This document shows positions 18,292 to 24,000 of a stretch of DNA of 24,000 nucleotides, piece by piece. Location of the stretch: assembly GCF_038024875.1 (NCBI RefSeq), contig NZ_CP136136.1:2842293-2866292 (forward strand). The letters run 5' to 3'. Position 1 is the first letter of the stretch, and the number at the start of each line of letters is the position of its first letter. A program made the position numbers and the translations under genes. The DNA is from Gordonia rubripertincta (lineage in GTDB: Bacteria; Actinomycetota; Actinomycetes; Mycobacteriales; Mycobacteriaceae). The notes beneath the pieces are model-generated. The model made no database searches. It was given only the letters and a program-made list of their open reading frames with translations, and was not told the DNA's origin.

Positions 18292-19713
18292 ATGACGGTC
18301 ACGACCGCCTCTGGATCCGGCCCCGGCAGGAAGCCCTCGGCGTCCGCCGCTGCCGACGCTCCCACCACCTCCGACTTCGAGACGCTCGCCGCTCGGCGCG
18401 GTGGCGTCGGCCCCCTCGGCGAACGCCGCCTCACCGCATGGGGACTGACGTCTCTGCTGGTGAGTCTCTACGTCATCAACTACGCAGACAAGGCCGTGCT
18501 CGGCATCATCGCCAAGCCCCTACGCGTCGAGCTCGGCCTCACCGCCGCCCAGATCGGACTCGTGGGCAGCCTGTTCTTCCTGACCTTCACCATCGGCGGC
18601 TTCTTCGCCGGCCTGCTCAACCGCTGGATGACGCTGCGCTGGTCGCTGGTCCTCCTCGGACTGTGCTGGGCGGCCGCGATGCTCCCGATGATCGCGGTGG
18701 CGGGCTTTGCGGTCCTCCTCATCAGCCGACTGTTCCTCGGCCTCGCCGAGGGGCCGTCGTCGGCACTGCTGCACACGGCCGCCTACGCCTGGCACCCGCC
18801 GGCCCGCCGCGCGCTGCCCGGTGCACTCCTCGCCGGTTCCGCGTCGATCTCCAAGATCGCGATCGCCCCGCTCCTCACCGTGATCACGGTCGGTTTCGGC
18901 TGGCGGTGGGCGCTGTTCGCGCTGGCCGCCGCCGGTATGGTCTGGGCCGTCGTGTGGCTCTCGGTCTGGCGACCGGGCCCGTACATCGCGAGCGGCAGGA
19001 CCAAGAAAGTCGACGACACCGAGAAGGCCGAGGCCTCCCCGGCCGATGCCGAGCCGGCCACCCCGTGGATCAGGGTCTTCCTCGCGCCGACGTTCATCAC
19101 CGGCGCCCTGCTGGTGATGAGTGTCTACGCACTGGTGTCCGTCGTGCTGACCTGGCTGCCGTCGTACTTCGAGGACGGCCTGGGATACAGCCAGCTGCAG
19201 TCCGGTTCGATGTTCGCCTTCCCGTCGATCGTCGGTCTCGCCCTCATGCTGCTGAGCTCGGTCACCAGCGACCGGATGATCACCAAGGGTGCGTCCCCGC
19301 GGGTGCTCCGCATCGTCGTCCCGTCGGTCGGCGTCCTCATCTCCGGTGTCCTGCTGTTCCTGCTGCCGTCGATCAGCACTCCGATCGTGTGTGTCCTGAT
19401 CCTGTCGGTCGGCTACGGGTTCGCCGCCATGGTGTTCCCGCTGTTCAACGCAGCTGTCGCGGAGATCTGCCCGCCGCGTCAGACCGCCGGCACCCTCGGT
19501 GTGTTCCTGGCGATCATGGCCATCGGCGGGCTCGTCGCGCCGTACGCCACCGGTGTCATCGTCGATGCCGCGGCGACGCCTGCCGAGGGTTATGCCACCG
19601 CGTTCCAGATGCTCGGGCTGGTCGCCTCGGTGTGTGCCGTGCTGACGCTGGTCTTCGCCAACCCGGTGCGTGACCGCAAGCGTCTGCGCCCGAATGCGGT
19701 CCTGACCGCCTAG
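18292..19713 (+). CDS. MFS transporter, anion:cation symporter (ACS)-like organic-acid permease
   Basis: About 12 predicted TM segments, plus the N-terminal LYVINYADKAVLGIIAKPL motif typical of ACS-family MFS permeases. ATG 18292 (MTVTTASG...) is preferred because GGAAGAGG lies 8 nt upstream. The track ORF opens 24 codons earlier at 18220. Confidence 0.85.
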   Translation: MTVTTASGSGPGRKPSASAAADAPTTSDFETLAARRGGVGPLGERRLTAWGLTSLLVSLYVINYADKAVLGIIAKPLRVELGLTAAQIGLVGSLFFLTFTIGGFFAGLLNRWMTLRWSLVLLGLCWAAAMLPMIAVAGFAVLLISRLFLGLAEGPSSALLHTAAYAWHPPARRALPGALLAGSASISKIAIAPLLTVITVGFGWRWALFALAAAGMVWAVVWLSVWRPGPYIASGRTKKVDDTEKAEASPADAEPATPWIRVFLAPTFITGALLVMSVYALVSVVLTWLPSYFEDGLGYSQLQSGSMFAFPSIVGLALMLLSSVTSDRMITKGASPRVLRIVVPSVGVLISGVLLFLLPSISTPIVCVLILSVGYGFAAMVFPLFNAAVAEICPPRQTAGTLGVFLAIMAIGGLVAPYATGVIVDAAATPAEGYATAFQMLGLVASVCAVLTLVFANPVRDRKRLRPNAVLTA

Positions 19714-19732
19714 GCCATAGGCAGCACCTCAT

Positions 19733-19813
19733 CGTCCGTGAGCGGGAATCGACTTGTCCGCCAGGCCAGCTCGTGGTCGGCTCGACAGGACGGGTGATTT
19801 CCGCTCACGGACG
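19733..19813 (+). other. 81-nt extended stem-loop between the MFS stop and the thiolase start
   Basis: cgtccgtgagcgggaatc (19733-19750) pairs with gatttccgctcacggacg (19796-19813), giving 18 bp with one G.U. After a 1-nt bulge, acttgtcc (19752-19759) pairs with ggacgggt (19788-19795), giving 8 bp with two G.U. The apical region is 28 nt. All three non-Watson-Crick positions are G.U only when read on the + strand. Confidence 0.5.
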
Positions 19814-19866
19814 TCCTCGGTTCCACCCACAACGCAATCCACTGCCCGACATTCTTAGGAGACCTC

Positions 19867-21000
19867 ATGCGCGATGCAGTGATCGTCGACGCCGTCCGCG
19901 CCCCGATCGGACGCCGCCGCGGAGCCCTGTCCGGAATCCACCCGGCCGACCTGTCCGCCCACGTCCTCGAGGCTCTCGTCGAGCGGACCGGGCTCGATTC
20001 CGCGACCGTCGACGACGTCGTATGGGGCTGTGTCAGCCAGTCGTCGGAGCAGGCCGGCAACATCGCCCGCACCGCGATCCTCGCGGCCGGATGGCCGGAA
20101 TCGGTTCCCGGCACCACCGTCACCCGCGCGTGTGGTTCGAGCCAACAGGCCGTCAGCCAGGCCGCCGCCGCGGTCATCTCGGGCCAGCAGGACGTCGTCA
20201 TCGCCGGCGGCGTCGAGTCGATGAGCCGCGTCGCGATGGGCAGCTCGGCCCCCAACGGCGAGCACCAGCCGGCCACCGTCCTCGACCGCTACGGCATCGA
20301 CAAGTTCAGCCAGGGCCTCGGCGCGGAGACCATCGCCAACAAGTGGGGCTTCGACCGCACCCGTCTCGACGAGTACTCGCTGCGTTCACACGAACTCGCG
20401 GCCGCCGCGGTCGACCGCGGTGCGTTCGACGGCCAGCTCGCCCCGATCTCCGGTGTGCTCGAAGGTGACGAGGGCATCCGCCGCGGCGGCACCCTGGAGT
20501 CGCTCGGCAAGCTCAAGCCGGCGTTCGCCGAGGATGGCGTCATCCATGCCGGCAACTCCTCGCAGATCTCCGACGGCTCGGGTGCGCTGCTGATCATGTC
20601 GTCGGAGACGGCGAAATCGCATGGCCTGACCCCGATCGCGCGCATCCACACCGCCGTCGTCGCCGCCGACGACCCGGTCGTCATGCTGACCGGCCCGATC
20701 CCGTCTACGGCGAAGGCGCTCAAGCGTGCCGGCCTGTCGATCGACGACATCGGCGCCTTCGAGATCAACGAGGCCTTCGCGCCGGTGCCGCTGGCCTGGC
20801 AGGCCGAGACCGGCGCCGACATCGAACGACTCAACCCGCTCGGCGGCGCGATCGCCGTCGGCCACCCGCTCGGCGGCTCGGGCGCCATCCTGATGACCCG
20901 CCTCGCGCACCACATGCGCGACAACGGGATCCGCTACGGCCTCCAGTCGATGTGTGAGGCCGGCGGCATGGCCAACACCACCATCCTCGAACTCCTCTGA
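19867..21000 (+). CDS. acetyl-CoA C-acyltransferase (thiolase)
   Basis: 377-aa ORF with the active-site Cys context VTRACGSSQQAV and the C-terminal GHPLGGSGA and QSMCEAGGMANT blocks. An AGGAGA Shine-Dalgarno sequence lies 5 nt upstream of the ATG. Confidence 0.9.
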   Translation: MRDAVIVDAVRAPIGRRRGALSGIHPADLSAHVLEALVERTGLDSATVDDVVWGCVSQSSEQAGNIARTAILAAGWPESVPGTTVTRACGSSQQAVSQAAAAVISGQQDVVIAGGVESMSRVAMGSSAPNGEHQPATVLDRYGIDKFSQGLGAETIANKWGFDRTRLDEYSLRSHELAAAAVDRGAFDGQLAPISGVLEGDEGIRRGGTLESLGKLKPAFAEDGVIHAGNSSQISDGSGALLIMSSETAKSHGLTPIARIHTAVVAADDPVVMLTGPIPSTAKALKRAGLSIDDIGAFEINEAFAPVPLAWQAETGADIERLNPLGGAIAVGHPLGGSGAILMTRLAHHMRDNGIRYGLQSMCEAGGMANTTILELL

Positions 21001-21014
21001 CCCCACTGCCCGAA

Positions 21015-21039
21015 GCCGGCCGGTTCCACGCCGGCCGGC
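21015..21039 (+). other. GC-only hairpin in the thiolase-SDR intercistronic gap
   Basis: gccggccgg (21015-23), loop ttccacg, then ccggccggc (21031-39), giving a 9-bp stem. Each arm is itself self-complementary, so the pairing register is ambiguous. Confidence 0.3.
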
Positions 21040-21075
21040 CAGAAGTCGGACAGCACTGAAAGGCACATCAGCACA

Positions 21076-21840
21076 ATGGAACTCAAGGGACTCTCGGTCG
21101 CCATCACCGGCGGCGCCTCCGGTCTGGGCCTCGCCACCGCCAAGCGGGTCGTCGACGCCGGCGGCCTGGTCACCCTGATCGACCTGCCGACCTCCGACGG
21201 CCAGGCGGTCGCCGACGGTCTCGGTTCGGCGGCCTCCTTCGCCGCCGCAGACATCACCGACGCCGAACAATTCGCGGCCGCACTGGATGTCGCCGACGAG
21301 CGCGGCGGCCTGCGTGGGCTCGTGCACTGCGCCGGCGCGGGGCGTCGTATGCGCATCCTCGACAAGGAGGGCAAGGCCGGGTCGGCGGAGGACTTCGAGT
21401 TCGTCATCAAACTGAACCTCGTCGGCTCGTTCCACGCCCTGTCGCTGGGTGCCGAGCGCATCGCGCGACTCGAACCGATCGACGGCGAGCGTGGCGCCAT
21501 CGTCATGACCGCCTCGGTCGCCGCGTTCGAGGGGCAGATCGGTCAGATCAACTACTCGGCCTCGAAGGCCGGCATCGTCGGCATGACCCTCGTGGCCGCC
21601 CGCGACCTGGCCAGCAAGCTGATCCGCGTCAACACCATCGCACCCGGCACCATGGACACCCCGCTGCTCGCCCGCCTGCGCGACGACGTGCGCGAATCCC
21701 TCGCGGCGAGCATCCCCAACCCGGCGCGTCTCGGTCGCCCCGAGGAGTTCGGTCAGCTCGCGGCGAACATCCTGGAGAACGCGAATCTCAACGGCGAGAC
21801 CATCCGTCTCGACGGCGCGATCCGCATGGCACCGCGATGA
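21076..21840 (+). CDS. SDR family 3-hydroxyacyl-CoA dehydrogenase (HSD17B10 / 3-hydroxy-2-methylbutyryl-CoA dehydrogenase-like)
   Basis: 254-aa ORF with the cofactor motif TGGASGLG and the catalytic YSASK. The family-typical features are MTASVAAFEGQIGQINYSASKAGIVGMT, PNPARLGRPEEF and a C-terminal LNGETIRLDGAIRM. Confidence 0.85.
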   Translation: MELKGLSVAITGGASGLGLATAKRVVDAGGLVTLIDLPTSDGQAVADGLGSAASFAAADITDAEQFAAALDVADERGGLRGLVHCAGAGRRMRILDKEGKAGSAEDFEFVIKLNLVGSFHALSLGAERIARLEPIDGERGAIVMTASVAAFEGQIGQINYSASKAGIVGMTLVAARDLASKLIRVNTIAPGTMDTPLLARLRDDVRESLAASIPNPARLGRPEEFGQLAANILENANLNGETIRLDGAIRMAPR

Positions 21841-23498
21841 GCGCCGCGGCGCCGACGACGCTCAACTACCCGGACACGAGCATGGCGGTGCTGCCGGCCA
21901 GCATGGCCGCGCTGTACGGCGATCGTGCCGCGGTGGTCGACGGGGACACCACGCTGACCTACGCCGAACTCGACGCGCGTTCGGCGGCGGTGGCGTCGGC
22001 ACTCCGATCGGCGGGTGTCGCCGAACGTGACGTGGTGCTGATCTACCTCACCAACAGCATCGAGTTCGTTGTCGCCTACTACGGTTCGCTGCGGGCCGGC
22101 GCGACGGTCACCCTCGTCAACCCGTTGCAGCCGGTACCCGGCCTGCATCGCCAGATCGTCGAGACGGGCGCAGTGGCCGGCTTCACGCAGGTCGAGCAGT
22201 CCGATCGGCTCCTGTCGGCCGCCGCCGGCTCACCGCTCTCCACCGTGGTGGTCGTCGACGGTTCGGCCGCGGCGGTCGAGGGCATGCGGGTCGAGGGCGT
22301 GCGGGTCACCTCGCTCGACGAGTTCGTCCTCGGGCACAGTGTGGCGCCCGTCGTCACCGTGACCTCCCAGGACGTCGCGCATCTGGCGTTCACCGGTGGG
22401 ACCACCGGTGTCTCGAAAGGTGTTCGGGTCCTTCATCGCAACGTTCTCGGCAACGCCACCCAGATGATCGGCTGGCGGGCCGGGCACGCGATCGAGGTCG
22501 GCGACGACGGCCTGCTGCGGTTGACTCCGCGACCGGGCTCCGATCGCGGAGTGGTTCCGGGTGACGCCGCGACCGTCGTCGTGTCACCGCTGTTCCACGC
22601 CCACGCGCTGATCAACATGACGTTCCTGTTGCTGTGTGGTGCAACGCATGTGCTCGCCGGACGATTCGAACCCGGCCGGATGCTCGCGCTGATCGAGCAG
22701 TATCGGGCGTCGTATGTGACCGGTAGCCCGGCGATGTGGCATGCGCTGGCCGTCCACCCCGATGTCGAGTCACGCGACCTCACCTCGGTGCGGGTTGTGT
22801 CCTCGGGCGCCGCGCCGATCGACCTGGTGACGCTCGAACAGCTCGAGAAGGCATTCCCCGCCGCGGCGATCATCGAGGGCTACGGCCTCACCGAGGCGAC
22901 CTGCCTGGTGTCCTCGGCGCCGCTGACCGCCGAAGGTCAGTACCGGCTCGGCAGCGTCGGACTCCCGACCTTCGACACCGAGGTCGAGATCCGCGCCGCA
23001 CACGACCCGACCGTCGTCCTGCCGGTGGGGGAGCGGGGACAGCTCTGGGTCCGTGGACCGCAGGTCACCGACGGTTACCTCGGACATCCCGAGAAGACCG
23101 CGGAACAGTTCGTCGACGGCTGGCTCGACACCGGCGACATCGCCTTCCGCGACGAAGACGGTTACATCTACATCTGCGACCGCGCCAAGGACATGCTGAT
23201 CTACAAGGGCTACAACGTGTATCCGCGTGAGCTCGAGGAGATCCTGGTGACCCACCCCGATGTCGCGGCCGCCGCGGTGGTCGGGCGCGAGGCCGGACCC
23301 ATCGGCCAGGAACCGGTCGCGTTCCTGGTCCCCAAGGACGGCCACGTCGTCGACGAGGATGCGGTCGCCGCGTTCGTCGCCGAACAGGTGTTGCCGTACA
23401 AGAAGATCCGCGACGTCGTCGTCGTGGAGGAACTGCCGACGTCGGCAGCCGGCAAGATCCAGAAGGTCGCCCTGCGCGAGCGTCTGACACACGCCTGA
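21837..23498 (+). CDS. AMP-dependent acyl-CoA synthetase/ligase (ANL superfamily)
   Basis: 553-aa ORF with the AMP-binding motif FTGGTTGVSKGV, plus EGYGLTEA, WLDTGDIA, DRAKDMLIYKGYNVYPRELE and a C-terminal SAAGKIQK. The ATG overlaps the SDR stop in ATGA (21837-21840). Confidence 0.88.
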   Translation: MSAAAPTTLNYPDTSMAVLPASMAALYGDRAAVVDGDTTLTYAELDARSAAVASALRSAGVAERDVVLIYLTNSIEFVVAYYGSLRAGATVTLVNPLQPVPGLHRQIVETGAVAGFTQVEQSDRLLSAAAGSPLSTVVVVDGSAAAVEGMRVEGVRVTSLDEFVLGHSVAPVVTVTSQDVAHLAFTGGTTGVSKGVRVLHRNVLGNATQMIGWRAGHAIEVGDDGLLRLTPRPGSDRGVVPGDAATVVVSPLFHAHALINMTFLLLCGATHVLAGRFEPGRMLALIEQYRASYVTGSPAMWHALAVHPDVESRDLTSVRVVSSGAAPIDLVTLEQLEKAFPAAAIIEGYGLTEATCLVSSAPLTAEGQYRLGSVGLPTFDTEVEIRAAHDPTVVLPVGERGQLWVRGPQVTDGYLGHPEKTAEQFVDGWLDTGDIAFRDEDGYIYICDRAKDMLIYKGYNVYPRELEEILVTHPDVAAAAVVGREAGPIGQEPVAFLVPKDGHVVDEDAVAAFVAEQVLPYKKIRDVVVVEELPTSAAGKIQKVALRERLTHA

Positions 23499-23549
23499 GC
23501 CCTCGCGGTTCTGCCGGTTGAGCCCTCGCGGTTCCGCCGGTTGAGCCCC
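23496..23549 (+). repeat. 23-bp tandem direct repeat (2 copies plus an 8-nt partial third) beginning at the synthetase stop codon
   Basis: tgagccctcgcggttctgccggt (23496-23518), tgagccctcgcggttccgccggt (23519-23541, one mismatch) and tgagcccc (23542-23549). The first TGA is the stop codon of the acyl-CoA synthetase. Confidence 0.8.
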
Positions 23550-23562
23550 GTCGAAACCTCAT

Positions 23563-23604
23563 AGCCCGAAACCGCGCTCAGCGCGGTTTCGGGCTGCTTC
23601 TTTG
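23563..23604 (+). terminator. intrinsic terminator of the MFS-thiolase-SDR-synthetase unit
   Basis: agcccgaaaccgcgc (23563-77), loop tca, then gcgcggtttcgggct (23581-95), a perfect 15-bp stem followed by gcttctttg (T-rich). Confidence 0.75.
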
Positions 23605-23623
23605 TCGTCGATGCGCCGCTGCC

Positions 23624-23690
23624 GGTGACAAAAGATCACACTGTTCGATCACCTGCCGACGGGCTTACATTGGTGTCACAGGTCACACTG
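23624..23690. promoter_or_regulatory. direct repeat / TCACA-type half-sites upstream of the GMC oxidoreductase gene (candidate operator)
   Basis: ggtgacaaaagatcacactg (23624-23643) and ggtgtcacaggtcacactg (23672-23690) share GGTG.CA..AG.TCACACTG. The half-sites are GTGACA, aTCACA, TGTCAC/GTCACA and GTCACA. The region has locally reduced GC and lies 55-120 nt upstream of the GTG start. Confidence 0.35.
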
Positions 23691-23743
23691 GGAGAGCGGG
23701 GGCGGACAGGTCGGCGTGACCGAGACGTCGAGGGGAGAGGTCG

Positions 23744-24000
23744 GTGGCGCACACACAGATCGCCGACTACATCGTCGTCGGAGCGGGGTCCGCAGGATGT
23801 GTGGTCGCCGCACGCCTGGCTGCCGCCGGTGCGGAGGTGCTTCTCCTCGAGGCGGGAGGGACCGATCGCCGGCCCGATGTGGTGGTGCCGATGGGTGCCG
23901 TCAGTCTGTTCGCCACTGCCAATTGGCGGTATCCGCTGGCCCCGGACCAGAGCAAGGGCGGACGTCCCGGAGCCTTCGTCGCCGGCAAGCTCGTCGGTGG
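23744..24000 (+). CDS. GMC family FAD-dependent oxidoreductase (choline-dehydrogenase-like). Partial: it continues beyond the right edge.
   Basis: Open at the window edge, so not in the ORF track. Hand translation from GTG 23744 gives VAHTQIADYIVVGAGSAGCVVAARLAAAGAEVLLLEAGGTDRRPDVVVPMG..., the GMC N-terminal FAD-binding signature. An in-frame TGA at 23717-19 leaves GTG 23744 as the only possible start. AGGGGAGAGG lies just upstream. Confidence 0.75.
   Translation, partial: MAHTQIADYIVVGAGSAGCVVAARLAAAGAEVLLLEAGGTDRRPDVVVPMGAVSLFATANWRYPLAPDQSKGGRPGAFVAGKLVG

Noticed and set aside
18140-19725. Shared 10-mer 'cataggcagc' at about 18141 and 19716, flanking the MFS gene, considered as possible cassette boundaries. 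The same applies to the shared 'cggttccac' at about 19818 and 21020.
   Set aside because: Exact 9-10-mer matches are expected by chance hundreds of times in a 24-kb window, and there is no extended similarity around them.

Overview
This is a high-GC actinobacterial chromosome segment, most like the mycolata (Gordonia, Rhodococcus or Mycobacterium). I call 21 protein-coding genes and see no rRNA, tRNA, CRISPR array, transposase or integrase. From left to right: (i) a minus-strand GntR / beta-phosphoglucomutase / GH65 phosphorylase unit, with GH65 truncated at the left edge and therefore missing from the ORF track; (ii) a PhzF-family gene; (iii) the conserved core block tatD-rpfB-ksgA(rsmA)...ispE, matching M. 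tuberculosis Rv1008-Rv1011, but with ksgA and ispE separated by a divergent F420-type luciferase-like oxidoreductase / HAD hydrolase pair; (iv) a secreted lipase, an ABC-F ATPase and a secreted SGNH hydrolase; (v) one opposite-strand gene encoding an AbiEi-like wHTH fused to a DUF559 (Vsr-like endonuclease fold) domain, flanked by related palindromic sequence; (vi) a fatty/organic-acid catabolic cluster of two acyl-CoA dehydrogenases, divergent from MFS anion permease - thiolase - HSD10-type SDR - acyl-CoA synthetase, followed by a GMC oxidoreductase truncated at the right edge. I found no clearly novel multi-gene system. The items most worth a second look are the orphan AbiEi-DUF559 gene with its flanking palindromes, the long leader upstream of rpfB, the break in the rpfB-ksgA-ispE operon, and several structured or repeated non-coding elements in the catabolic cluster: a spaced direct repeat in a 390-bp divergent control region, an 81-nt stem-loop whose only imperfections are G.U pairs, a 23-bp tandem duplication that includes a stop codon, and TCACA-type repeats upstream of the GMC gene. 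Most other long ORFs in the six-frame track are antisense or out-of-frame high-GC artefacts, or 5' over-extensions of real genes.
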